DNA of 63,545 bases, the filler included, from Octopus bimaculoides (lineage: Eukaryota), in assembly GCF_001194135.2 (NCBI RefSeq). It is 5 parts of 4 records of this genome, joined end to end, with 100 filler letters (N's around TTAATTAATTAA, not from the genome) between each part and the next. Parts side by side here need not be neighbours in the genome. Positions count along the whole stretch, not along the records: positions 1 to 7,770 come from NC_068984.1; positions 7,871 to 30,774 come from NC_068998.1; 3 more parts are not named here. One strand, given 5' to 3'. How positions within the stretch are numbered: the first letter of the stretch is position 1; the number at the start of each line of letters is the position of its first letter. A model generated the notes under the pieces. It was not told the origin of the DNA, searched no databases, and saw only the letters and a program-made list of their open reading frames with translations. Position numbers and translations under genes: made by a program. Positions 1-12,097 of the stretch are shown one piece after another.

Positions 1-398
1 AACTTTTGCCATGTCCATAAACAAATATCAGGGTCAAACACTGTCTGTAGCTGGTCTTCTCTTGGAAGAGCCCTGCTTCTCACATGGACAACTGTATGTT
101 GGCTGCTCAAGAGTGGGCAGCAACAAAAAAACCTATTTGTATATGCTCCACAAGGGAAAACAAGGAACATAGTTTACAATGAGGTGTTATAATCACAACA
201 GCAAGAAAGTACATGATCACGTTCTTTTACGAAACTTCATTGACTTTCATATATTTATATTGATATACATATATATACGTGTGTTTGGGTGCGTGTGTGT
301 ATATACATCTCTATATATAAAGATGATGCGTAGTCTAGACGGCGTTTTTAGATTTCATTATTCTCTTTAACCCGGGCAACGCCGGGTATTTCTGCTAG
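1..398 (+). mobile_element. Helitron 3' end with C-terminus of the Rep/Pif1-like helicase (frameshifted)
   Basis: Frame +2 from nt 2 reads TFAMSINKYQGQTLSVAGLLLEEPCFSHGQLYVGCSRVGSNKK. After a 1-nt shift in an A-run it continues NLFVYAPQGKTRNIVYNEVL* (stop 190-192), matching Helitron helicase C-terminal motifs. Terminal hairpin cccgggcaacgccggg (371-386) is followed by CTAG (395-398) and T. Confidence 0.9.
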
Positions 399-489
399 TA
401 TATATTAATTTGATACTTAATTTGACATAATTAATGCGTCCAATCATTGATGAATTGTTTATTTTTAGTTTCATATATAATATATAAAC

Positions 490-1584
490 GTTAATTGTTT
501 TTTTTTTTAATTATTTTTTCACAGCTTTGATAATAATTGTTGAAAAAATTGCAATTAGAGCTATTTTACACTACTAGTGGGGAAAAAAAGGACAGTTCAA
601 AGGCAACGACAAGAAATTAATGATATGGAAGGCCCAGAAATTATCAAGAAACATGTAGTACAAAATTGATTCAGACGTTTCAAAAAGAAATCAAGGTCGG
701 GTAGACTTTTTGTTGTGGAAGATGCGGTCTTGCTTTAAATGGTTGAACAACAGCCAAATACAAGCACTTGCACAATCGTCGGCAGAACTTCGTCCAACAC
801 ACAGCGCCATCAGTCGATACCGCCATAAGCTCAGCCATGTGAATTGACGCTGTTGAGAAACTCCTGATGACCTGCTAATTACCAGACTCAAGGATGTGTG
901 AACATTTGCAAACAACTGTTGGCAAATCCTCGAGATGCTCGATTTTGAATGATAAACAGATCTATTTTCGTAATCCTAATAAGAGAAATCAGTTGCTTTG
1001 TTCCTGCCAGGTTGTTAAACAAGGGCGATTTGAATAGAAAGTCATGTTGTGTGTCTGATGTAATTTCAAGGGATGTTATATTTTAAGCTTTTTCCAGATG
1101 TTACGCTGTGAACGCTAACCTTTATGCTCAACAACTACTGCGGGTGTATGATGCCTTGAAAGCCCGCTACCCAGTATTGGTTAATCGAAAACGCGCTCTC
1201 CTACAGCATGACAATATTCCAGCACATATTGCCAATGTGACCGAGCGCAAATCTGAGGAACTTGAAGGGCTAAAAATGCTACCTCACTCTGCCTACAGTT
1301 TAAATCTTGCACCATCAGATTACTACTTTTTTCGAGCCATGGCTCATTTTCTGCACGGGCAGAGGATCAACAATGTGGATGAAGTTGAAAATGGGCACTG
1401 AAATTCTTTTTGCTTTTAGCCCAACTAAATGGTATAAGTGTAGAATTGAGCCTCTGATACAACAATGGCAACAGACAATAGAGTATGATGGGATATATTT
1501 TGATGTATAAATGCTTTTGGTATGTAATTTGTTTGATCGATTAATTAAAGCTTAAAATACGAAAAACCTTTTGATAATCTGGTA
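490..1584 (+). mobile_element. Decayed mariner transposon
   Basis: ORF 1108-1401 has HDNIPAH...PHSAYSLNLAPSDYYFFRAM. Upstream broken frames give HTH-type text (IRAILHY, RSGR, AISRY). Degenerate right TIR-like end near 1559-1584; left end not resolved. Confidence 0.85.
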
Positions 1585-1805
1585 CTTTAAAATAGTTACC
1601 CAATCGTGATAAACGCCACTAACCGTTATACTGTAAAAAAAAATATACGTTCAGGTTGCTCTTGGGAATAATATAGCGTATCTATTTTTTTTTTTTTTTA
1701 CGTGTTCCCTGGGATATAGGGAACGGTTGCTTTAGCTGAAAAATTCTTAAGTGCAATATATCAAAAGACAAAAATAACTACCAGTAAGCAGTTTTAAAAT
1801 TCGCG

Positions 1806-1873
1806 CTTTCCTCTCTAGACTTGCTTTGTCCCGAACGCTGGCAGCCCACATTTACGCCACTAACATGGTAAGT
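1806..1873 (+). promoter_or_regulatory. Candidate TCT/5'TOP start and first exon ending at ATG
   Basis: Pyrimidine tract CTTTCCTCTCT (1806-1816), ~60-nt leader, then aacATG|gtaagt (ATG 1865-1867, canonical donor 1868-1873). No downstream exon identified. Confidence 0.3.
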
Positions 1874-2168
1874 TGAAAAGTGTGTATCATTTGAGATTAT
1901 CCTTCTAACTGTTTGGTTTATTTTCTCATACTTTGTTTAAAATCTAAAAGAAAACGTACAATGGAAATAACTCTAAGAATCACTTATCTGAGGTTTTGGA
2001 AAACTAATAAAGTCTTTAAATGAAAACAACATATAGTAGTACGGTAGTGATATTAGTATATTTTGAGTTTGCGTTACTAAATATACAGTATTAGAAGTTG
2101 CCATTAGAAAATCTGACAGCTAGGTTTTTCGATATTAGGCAATGAGATATAAGAAAATAAGTGGGCGT

Positions 2169-2320
<152 letters not shown>

Positions 2321-2736
2321 ACAAGTACATAGGTTGAAAGGGATGTAATGTTAAGCAAAATGGACACGGTGTGGCCCATTGTAATGATTGATAGCGAAAG
2401 CTTTTAAGCAACAAACATCTGTTACATATGTACAAAGTGATACAAAAATGGATGAATTAAGAAATTGTGTTCGAGTCAAGAAATAGAAAGATAAAGCAAA
2501 ACATACTTCTGTTCCTGCGAAACGAAAGACATTTTTACCACTTTGGCACATAAGTAATTGAATCAATGCTTATACACAAAAATGCTATTGATTGTCCCCA
2601 ATACGATATTGTTTCTATCCAATTTCTCTGTTAGATTTATTACCGTTTGCCATGTATATTTAGAAGTTTTTAGCCCCGTGTTTGAGAGAAAACATCCAAT
2701 TATTATAAAACACAACAGAGCACGAGTCAGATATAT

Positions 2737-2782
<46 letters not shown>

Positions 2783-2949
2783 GTGTGTGTGTATATATTA
2801 TATACACGTACGTATATATGATATTATATGTGTATATAAATGTGTATAAATATATGCATATTCGTATAAATGTGCACAAATTCGTTTGAATAAGCATACA
2901 AAGGAGTTGCAAACATAGATACCACTGCATGCTGTGGTTCTTATTGCGT

Positions 2950-4632
2950 GCTAAGCTTCTAGAATATCATACATGTTTTGACAGTTTGTAGCTGTAAGCT
3001 TTGAATTATGCATGCTTTTCTTTCTAGCTTTGTGAAACTCAGATTTTTAAGATTGGTGCTGATGTAGTTAGACAAATAATGAAGTGCTCCAATGATTATT
3101 CGTAGAAATCTGAAGCTATTAGCCCAGATGGACTAACTGCATATTTGTCATCCCTTTTATTTTTCACTATTCTTTAGCCCCACGTTGACATTTTGGCAAT
3201 TGATTTAAATTACTGGGTATAGGTTCTTTTTTAATATCCCAAATCATTATTCCTTTTCTCCTATGCTTACTTTTTATTGGAATCTCGATTAGAACACTGT
3301 TCAGGTATTCTTTCATATTATGTGTAATTATCTCTTCACATCTCTGTAGCTCTTCACACTTGTCTCCTTAACATTATCCTTTCGGTAGATTTCCTTGTAT
3401 AGTGTTCTGGCCACTTCATTGTGTCTCAAAGTTAGGTTATACTGTGACGATATTTTCGGACATCTTCAACGTTAATTTAACAGAGTTTGCATAAGTTGCT
3501 GTATGTAGGTGGTTTATCCTCATCCCAACCATTTTTGCTCACCAGTTATTTTGATGTTATTTCTTGCTTCTCTGTTGCAAATGCATATCTTTCAAAATGA
3601 CATTTGATATCCTGGTGACCAATGATGTAACTTTGAAGCTTTCTGGGGATAGTCATTCATGACCTTGTGCTATGTATATAACTTCTTTTACAAAGTTGCA
3701 GTTGGATTGAGCAACTTTACTGCGCATACATCTCTTATCATCAGACAAAGAATGCGTTCTGAGATCTGTTTCTAGCTTTTATGATACTTCTGGCTTCATG
3801 AATTGCTACATGGTCAGATTTCGACATTCAGTAGTTAATAGATATTGTCGAATGTATATGACGTAAAGATGCTTCTAACGTCTTGTTTCAGTTTTAAGTA
3901 GAAACCGTCAACATTCCTGTTAATGTGGACATTTCTGGTATGGGTCATAAATTTTCGGGTTTTAACATCAGTAGCCTAGTTATCTTTTAGTGTCCAATCA
4001 AATAATAGCTTAAGTTTTTATATGAGAACAGCAAACCCATTGGAAGTAGTTGATTTACTGAATGCAGAAAGTTTAGAAAATCATATTTCCCTTATATTCC
4101 CCGGTTGCATATTGCTTATTACAGACTGTATCACAGGGAATATTTTCGTTCATAATTAAGTGCACGTAGCATTCTTCATTTTAAATCTGAAAAATAGATA
4201 CTTGATACAAATGTTACTAAATAACCTTGCAGTTCTGCCTTGTTTTACAAATATGAAAATTTCTCTTGGCCAATCTATGTCTCTATATCTTAAGAGAATA
4301 TCCCAACAAGACCAAGGCCTTTATTTGATACTATTCATATTCTTGGCATATGTTTCCTGATTGTTCACAAAGAAGTAATACGTTAGGTAGATGTTCGCTT
4401 TCCTCTTAGTTTTCCTTTAGAAAAAAGTACAGTATAAAATACATTACAAATAGACTGTCCTCTTGAAATATATCTCTGCGACACTGTATTCTATCAGTTG
4501 CAAAAGAATAAACTCTTGTGTGTATCTTCAAAATAGTAGCCCAAGGTGAAGTCAAGTTGTCTATGGCTTTCATTACAGTATCTGTATCTGTGGAATATAA
4601 GAAAGACTCTAGCAACCGCAAGCGAAGATTTG
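2950..4632 (-). mobile_element. R4/Dong-type (RLE) non-LTR retrotransposon fragment, lineage A
   Basis: Minus frames give [14 protein letters not shown]...PWATILKI...IQCRRDIFQEDSLF (RT region around the QG motif), LRHNEVARTLYKEI and IIIGALHYL (RLE region). Many stops and shifts. Confidence 0.8.
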
Positions 4633-4989
4633 AATCGAAAGTTTTCCTATATGTATGTATGTATGTATGCATGGATGGATGGATGGATGGATGGATGGAT
4701 GGATAGATGGATGGATTGATTGCATGCATGAAAACTTCTCAGTTAAGTACAGTTCACAACACAAGTTCGACCCAGTGTCTACAATATCCCATTAGAGACT
4801 ATCTTCATGAAAATCTATTTTACTTTGTTCCATTTTTCATAATCGCCCGACAATAAAAAAAATAAAAAAATAAGAATAACGATTTCTGCATTTTCAGTTC
4901 CGAAAAAAAAATTTTCAAATGTATATTTTAAGTAGTGAGTTTTAATTTTTTTGTTCAAGCTTAGTTATCTACATACTTGTTTGTTTGTT

Positions 4990-5031
<42 letters not shown>

Positions 5032-5212
5032 NNNNNNNNNNNNNNNNNNNNNNNNNNNNNNNNNNNNNNNNNNNNNNNNNNNNNNNNNNNNNNNNNNNNN
5101 NNNNNNNNNNNNNNNNNNNNNNNNNNNNNNNNNNNNNNNNNNNNNNNNNNNNNNNNNNNNNNNNNNNNNNNNNNNNNNNNNNNNNNNNNNNNNNNNNNNN
5201 NNNNNNNNNNNN

Positions 5213-5249
<37 letters not shown>

Positions 5250-5527
5250 GTATATGTATGCATATACCACAAGAAATTATTTTTATCTCTTTTTATGGAG
5301 ACAAAAGGGTTTATAAGACTGCAAAAAGGAAGTACTCAAATGAAATTGAGACAGAGAAAAAAAGAAGCGTGGTGTTATATAAAGTCATTGACTCGAATTT
5401 GATGTTTGTTCTCTAATCAATTTTTTTATCAACTACATATGTGGAAAATCGGTGTGTGTTTGTTTGTGGCGTTGTTAGCCTACTACTCCTACATCGTTTT
5501 TATTGATTTTGATTAAACTTGACACTT

Positions 5528-5945
5528 AAGTAGAACCCGTGTCTGGAAACCTCATGACATACTTAGATTTTCAAAAAACCGATAATAGAGCCCCTGGAAG
5601 GGACCTTTAAATCTACCTCATATAACTAATATTTTTTTAACATTCAAGGGAAATAACCCACAGCACCTATACAGGTTCTTTTGTAAACACTCAAGGGAAA
5701 TAACCCATTTCATTGTCTATATTCGATTACTTTGAATATTGATTTTTTGCGTGTCCTATTTCTAATTTTTGCAGACAATATCACTTTTATACTTTATTTG
5801 ACATGTGAGTAGAACTAATGTCTGGAAACCTCGTGACAGACTTAGATTGTTGAAAAAAAATCGATAATAGGGCTTTTCCTTCTATCTACTACATATTACT
5901 AATATATTATTTAAACAACCCAAGGGAAATATCCCATACCACCTG
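5528..5945. repeat. Diverged direct duplication, period ~290 bp
   Basis: gtagaac..gtctggaaacctc.tgaca.acttagatt...cgataatag...caagggaaat..ccca.a.cacct occurs from ~5530 and again from ~5809. Confidence 0.7.
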
Positions 5946-6555
5946 CATATTTTAGATAAGCGATCAATATTTGATTCTCACGATCAGCCGACTTAATTCT
6001 ACATTTCACTACTCACAATTTTGAACTGCTAAACATTATTATTGCACTTCCTTAATCTGAATCTTAAACCTTAAAGACTTCATTCATACATTTCTATTGA
6101 TAAATATTTTTTTCAATGCCCATCACTCCGATAATTCTGCATTATTCCAGTTATACTTTTTCCATGAATGTAGATAATATTTTTCTTTCCACAACGTATT
6201 TGTAGTGGCTTCATGCAGACATAGCGTGGATTTGATCCTCGATTACCAAATTTCACTTAACACTTCAACAGCGCCTTTCTCGCGGTAAAACGATAGTTTT
6301 TTCTGTGAATGACATCAGTTATACATTTCTCAGATGCCTTCCCTAAGCAGAATAATGTCTTTGCCTCTCGCCAAACTCCGACAGCCTCTCTCACCAACCT
6401 CCGATAATCTTTCTTGCCAACCTCCGACAGCCTCTCCCTCCTCCAGCTGATAGAGTTTTGTACTTTTTCATCACCGAAAATACACCTTTTGTGACAGTTC
6501 TAACGAAATTGCTTTCTTATATCAGGCGTTTCAATAGAACATTTGAACATTTTTA

Positions 6556-6586
6556 CTCCTGGGAACGACCGGGTACACCAGCTAGT
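6556..6586 (+). mobile_element. Second Helitron-type 3' terminus
   Basis: cctgggaacgaccgggtacaccagCTAG-t (CTAG 6582-6585) has the same hairpin plus CTAG layout as the terminus at 371-398. The 5' end was not identified. Confidence 0.65.
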
Positions 6587-6597
6587 ATATGCATATA

Positions 6598-6640
<43 letters not shown>

Positions 6641-6642
<2 letters not shown>

Positions 6643-7710
6643 ACTTCTTCATTACAGTTTTCACTTCCTCGTCACTGGAATAATGTTTGCCTCTCGAACC
6701 CTCTTTCATAGGGCCAGAGAGATGAAAGTCTGAAGGCGCTAAATCTGGTGAGTATGGATGATGCGGTAAAGATGTCCACTCGAATGAGGCAATTGTCTCC
6801 TTTGTCCTGATGCTTGTGTGTGGTCGAGCATTGCGATGCAGAAGGAGAACATTGTCGAGTGGCAAGTTGGGTCTTACTCGTCGGATTCTTGCTCTGAGCC
6901 CTGTCAGGGTCTGAATGTAGGCCTCAGAATTTATCGTTTTTCCTTTTGCCAAGAAATCGACCAAAAGCCAGTCGCCATGGTTTTTCCAGCTGACTTTTGC
7001 GTCTTGAACTTTTTCGGTGGTGGTGACGAAGAGTGGCATCATTCCATTGACTGCCTCTTTGATTCCGGTTCATAATGATGAACGCATGTTTTATCACTTG
7101 TTACGAGCCTTCGAAAGAAGGTGTTGTCTCTTTGACTTTTTCGAGAAGTTCAGTGCAGGCAATAACCCTGTCAATCTTGCGTTCGATAGCCAGCTCTCTC
7201 TCGGTACCCAACGGACACACACTTTTGAAAAGCCAAGTGATTCGACAATGGTGTAAGCACTTCCATGGCTCACTTCAAAGTTTTCAGCCAACTCATCAAG
7301 AGTTATGCGCCTGTCTTCTCTGATCAGAGTATCTGATTTTGCTTTATTGGCAGGATTCACAGAATCGGACGAACGACCAGAACGGGTTTTATCCGCTACA
7401 ATCACAGTCCCCAACTTTTAATCTTTCAGACGACGGACCCATCTGCATACATTGCTATAATCTAAAGTATTCTCCTCATAGACATTTCGTAATCGTCGGT
7501 GAATGTTCACAGGGGTTTTCCCCTCAGCAACAAGAAATTCAATCACTGCTCTTTGTTTTGACGTAACTGTAAGGGGTCAAACATTTTGAATTTTCCTTAC
7601 CAGTCTAAAAACCTGAAAAGTAAGAAACAAAATATTTCAGAACATAAATGATCTAATCATTTATAACTGGGAAAATTTTCAGTTATTTTTATCAAAACCT
7701 TCACATGAAA
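6641..7710 (-). mobile_element. Decayed mariner (DD34D) transposon, 3'-truncated
   Basis: ORF 6641-7042 has HRNARPH-...-PYSPDLAPSDFH with 34-residue spacing and the second Asp mutated. ORF 7094-7414 has RSGRS...IREDRRITLDELA...GFSKVCVRWVPR (WVPHEL-like motif). Confidence 0.9.
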
Positions 7711-7728
7711 TAAAGAAAATATACACTC

Positions 7729-7770
<42 letters not shown>

Positions 7771-7814
7771 NNNNNNNNNNNNNNNNNNNNNNNNNNNNNN
7801 NNNNNNNNNNNNNN

Positions 7815-7826
7815 TTAATTAATTAA
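7815..7826. other. TTAATTAATTAA spacer inside an N gap (assembly artefact)
   Basis: The identical 12-mer sits inside ~100-nt gaps at 7815, 30819, 53897 and 61441. It is palindromic with TAA stops in all six frames. Confidence 0.85.
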
Positions 7827-7870
7827 NNNNNNNNNNNNNNNNNNNNNNNNNNNNNNNNNNNNNNNNNNNN

Positions 7871-7961
<91 letters not shown>

Positions 7962-8842
7962 GAGAGAGAGAGAAAGCGTGAGAGAGAGAGGCAGATAAAT
8001 ATACGTATACATATATCCATGTGTGTACATTTGTATGTGAATATTTCTGTGGTTTTATGCGCGCGAATGTGTGCATATCGTTTAATTACGTAAGTAGAAG
8101 TGAAAACATTATCCGTAGATTTTTTTTAAATAATAGCTTAGTCACAAATAGGAAAGGAGAAGCACCAACCGTAATGTTTCTTCGCGGGTTTCACTGTGAC
8201 TGGTGGAAGGGTGAAAGAGTGAAGGTGTGGGGTGGAAAGCAGGAAATTGTCATCTACCCTAACCACCTAAATGCTTGAAACGTAGTAGACTCTACTAAAA
8301 TGTGCCTAAATGAAAGATGGCTTTTGATAAACGATATATAGTGATTAAATATTATGTCGAATGTTTGATATTTTAAACCTGCTCCGGGTCTCATTTCACC
8401 GCCTAAGCAACAATATCGAGGTACAGCCGATTATATTGCGACATTTACTCAAAGTAACTGATTGTGCGAAGCATCGATCCGTTGAAACACCGTGAACTCT
8501 AATGGTATGACACGAAACAAAAGAATGTATAGGTGATATAGGTTTCTGTAGATGTGGATTAAATATCTGTTAATTTCCTGTCTCTAATATAATCCAAGCA
8601 CGGGATCAATATATTAGTACTAAATCTAATATTGTAATTCAATGCGAATACAGAAGAAAAAGTGTTAGCTATGTTATCAGTTTCAAAATTTACATACAAC
8701 GATTTATGTTAGGTAATTCAAATTATATCAGGATATACAATGTTAAGTAAATTCAAAATAATTCAACATATGTACAAATTTGCTTAGGGATTCAGTAAAA
8801 CATGCCGATATGTGCGCGGTGTATACACATACATAAATACAC

Positions 8843-8898
<56 letters not shown>

Positions 8899-8959
8899 NN
8901 NNNNNNNNNNNNNNNNNNNNNNNNNNNNNNNNNNNNNNNNNNNNNNNNNNNNNNNNNNN

Positions 8960-8996
<37 letters not shown>

Positions 8997-9092
8997 GTGT
9001 ATCTGTGTGTGTGTGTGTGTGTGTGTGTGTATTTAACAGTATCAGCGCAAAGCAGTGTTTACGCATAAGCGAACTTTAGGTGATACATTCAC

Positions 9093-9210
9093 CGCAGTTA
9101 CCGTGGAGAAAAAGTTCTCTCTTATGGCAAAAGGCGGCAGCACTGGGTAGATATCGGGGTTTTACACCTTTTACCATAAGAGAATTTTTTTTTTATCAGC
9201 GGTAACTGTA
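9093..9210. repeat. Imperfect ~40-bp inverted repeat, with a related unit at ~9465-9600
   Basis: gcagttaccg...ttctctcttatggcaaaagg versus ccttttaccataagagaa...cggtaactgt. The downstream gcactggg...ttttagaagttg block recurs near 9470-9565. Confidence 0.55.
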
Positions 9211-10049
9211 GTGGATTTGCTTTTAGAAGTTGAAATATCTCACAAACGTATTTTAACTAACCTAACGTTCACTTATTCCCAAATACGGCTTGCTTTGATA
9301 CTGCTGCCCTTCTTCCGACCTGGCTGTCTAACTGCAACTCAGTGAATGTTGCTGACCATTTTTTAGCTAAAGCTATGGCTTTAAATTCTGCCCAGAATTA
9401 CCTCTCTTCCGTATTTCCCATTGATAACGGCTAAAGAACAAGAAACGCATCACGGAATCCGACAGAAGGTAGCACTGGGCAAGTTTGGTGTTTTCACTCC
9501 TTTTGTCAAAAGTGATAATTTTTTCTCCATGCTAGCTACAATGAATTTGCCTTTAGAAGTTGTAATACGTTATAATCATATTTTATCTAACCCATTTTAA
9601 ATGTATTGGAGGAAATTTAGATGCGTATCTCCTGTAGGGTGGTGATAGTCAGGAGTTACTCGGAAATAGTCGCTTAATGTGAGGAAACTAAATTCTTTTC
9701 TCTAAACCAGCGGCAGTTTTCTAGGAATTTCGGCGGTGTGGCCGGACAGAACTTGCCCCTTAATCCAGAAGAAACAATACACTTTAAATCAAACTCGTCT
9801 GAGTCGCACATGATATAGATACAAATTGGTAGGTGACAGTGACACAGGAATAGTAATAAATGGCTTGAACGAAAGGAATTCACTCAGAATAATACCTTAG
9901 GATATGAAGTTTTTAATATATAAACAGACAGAGGGTTGGGCATAGACAACCAGATGTCCTATCGGTAAGAATGAGTCCCTTTCAGTATTGATAGAGCAGT
10001 CCCATGTAGCAACTAGAGAGCTGAAATCTTTACCAACATTGGTGGGGAG

Positions 10050-10252
10050 ATGAGGAGAAGATGAAGGGGGAGAAGGAAGGGAGGAGAAAGAGGGGAGGAG
10101 AAAGAGGGGAGGAGAAAGAAGGGAGGAGAAAGAGGGGAGGAGAAAGAGGGGACGAGAAAGAGGGGAGGAGAAAGAGGGGAGGAGAAAGGGAGGAGAAAGA
10201 GGGGAGGAGAAAGAGGGGAGGAGAAAGGGAGGAGAAAGAGGGGAGGAGGAGG
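10050..10252. repeat. Near-pure purine minisatellite (ggaggagaaagaggg-type units)
   Basis: About 200 nt almost entirely A/G, followed by GAT/GAC/AAC/AAT triplet drift to ~10390. It generates the spurious ORFs 9897-10328 and 10061-10426. Confidence 0.9.
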
Positions 10253-10854
10253 GTAATGACTGTGATGATGGTGATGATGATGACAACGACGGCGACGATG
10301 ACAGCAATGACGACAACAACAACAACAATAATTATAACGATAATAATTCTATTAACAATAGTAACGTTAACAATTGCAATATTAACAATAGATCTATCAA
10401 ACATTGACACAATGCATCCCCGGTAACGATGCAGACGCTGAAGGGGTTTCAAGGAATTGTTTAATGATCTTCTTATACATTTGTACCGTTTTCTTTCCTT
10501 TTTCTTCTCCCTTAATTTCTCGCCTACTTCTTCCTCTCTGCCCCCATTATACTTTATCTCTTTTGGCATCTTCGTTTCGAGCTTTCATTCATATTTTTTA
10601 TGTGTGTTTCTATTTCCGTCTCCATCTCCTGGAATTACTTTACTCGTTTTCTCACACATTCTTTAATTTCTCGATCTCAGTATTTATCACAGATATCATT
10701 CCGTCGCATCAATGCTCATATCAGCAAATGTTTGCCAGTATGACTTTGAGTAATATTGTGTCATAATGTAAAACCGTTCGCATAATATGCATTTACGTAT
10801 CAGCCATTCGCGGAACACTTGAAACTGTTGTAAATGTACATTCTTTTATTCTTT

Positions 10855-11200
10855 TACTTGGTTCAGTCATCTAATTGTGGCCATGCTGGGACATTGTCTT
10901 GAAAGTCAAAAGAATCGACACCAGGACTTATTCTTTGTAAGCCTAGTACTTATTATGTCGGTGTCTTTTGCCGAACCGCTAAGTTACGGGGACGTAAACA
11001 CACCAGCATCGGTTGTTCAGCGATGTTGGAGCAGGGAAACAAACACACCCACAAAAACATACACATACACACAAACCCACTCACAAGGCTTCGGTCGGCC
11101 CGAGGCTATAGTATAAAACACTTGCCCGAGTGCCATGCAGTGAGACTGAACCCGGAACCATGTGGTTGGTGAGCAAGCTACTTAGAACACAGCCACTCCT
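10855..11200 (-). mobile_element. tRNA-derived SINE, family A
   Basis: Minus head agtggctgtgttctaagtagcttgct...ggttccgggttcagtctc has A/B-box-like motifs. The body cagtcat..ggccatgctgg..gccgaaccgctaagttacggggacgtaaacacacc is shared with many copies in the window. Confidence 0.85.
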
Positions 11201-11334
11201 ACATATTCGTCATGTAAATATCTGTAACATCTCATTGTACCAATAATTGATTGTCCTTTCTTTTCTCTTTGATATTTACTTGAACTTTCTGTCAGTCAAC
11301 TCATCTGTTTCTTGAGTACTTTAGCCTCATTAGC

Positions 11335-11550
11335 TGTGTGTCTTATTGTCTGGGGTGTCGGATTCATGATCGTAAGATTGTAGTTTCGATTCCTGGACCG
11401 CACGACGCGTTGTGTTCTTGAGTAAAACACTTAATTTCATGTTGCCCCTGTCCATTCAGCTGGCTAAAGTGAGTAGCCCAGCGAGGGACCGGTGTGCCGT
11501 CCGGGGGAGAGGGATATTTGCGCCACGGGAATCAGGAAACCGGTCCTTTG
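11335..11550 (+). mobile_element. tRNA-derived SINE, family B
   Basis: B-box-like gtttcgattcc, then gcgttgtgttcttgagtaaaacactt...cattcagctggc...gcgagggaccggtgtgccgtccggggg, resembling conserved metazoan SINE central domains. Confidence 0.6.
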
Positions 11551-11714
11551 ACACAAAAAGTATCTTAATCTTAGCCTCAATCAAAAGATGCAGTTTAAGA
11601 GGTCGACCTTCTCAACTACAAACTTTGAGGCCCGACTATTTTGTTTGCTCTAGCACCATATCACTCACTATACAAGCACACACACACACACACACACACA
11701 CACATCTATCTTTT

Positions 11715-12092
11715 ATCCTTTACTTGGTTCAGTCATCTAACTTGGCCATGCTGAGACACTATCTTCAAAGTCAAAAGAATTGACCGCACAACTTATTCTT
11801 TTTAAAACCTAGTACTAATTCTATCGGTCTCTTTTGCCGAATCGCCATGATATATCAAATCAACAGCGGTTGGCAAGCCATGATGGAGCAAAGCACAAAC
11901 CCAAAGACACACTCACACACATGCACACACATACACGCACACACACATACACACACATATATCCAACGGAATTCTTTCAGTACCCGTCTGCAAAATCTAT
12001 TCACAAGGGCCAGAATCGAAAACACTTGCTGAAGTTGCCACGCAGTAGGACTTAACCCTGAACATATATCGTTAGGTCGGTGAGCAAGCTTC
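11715..12092 (-). mobile_element. SINE family A copy, split by the MULE; remainder at ~14186-14210
   Basis: The body matches family A. The head breaks at gagcaagcttc and resumes as aaacttcttgtcacacagctacg after the MULE right TIR. Confidence 0.75.
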
Positions 12093-12097
12093 AGTTC

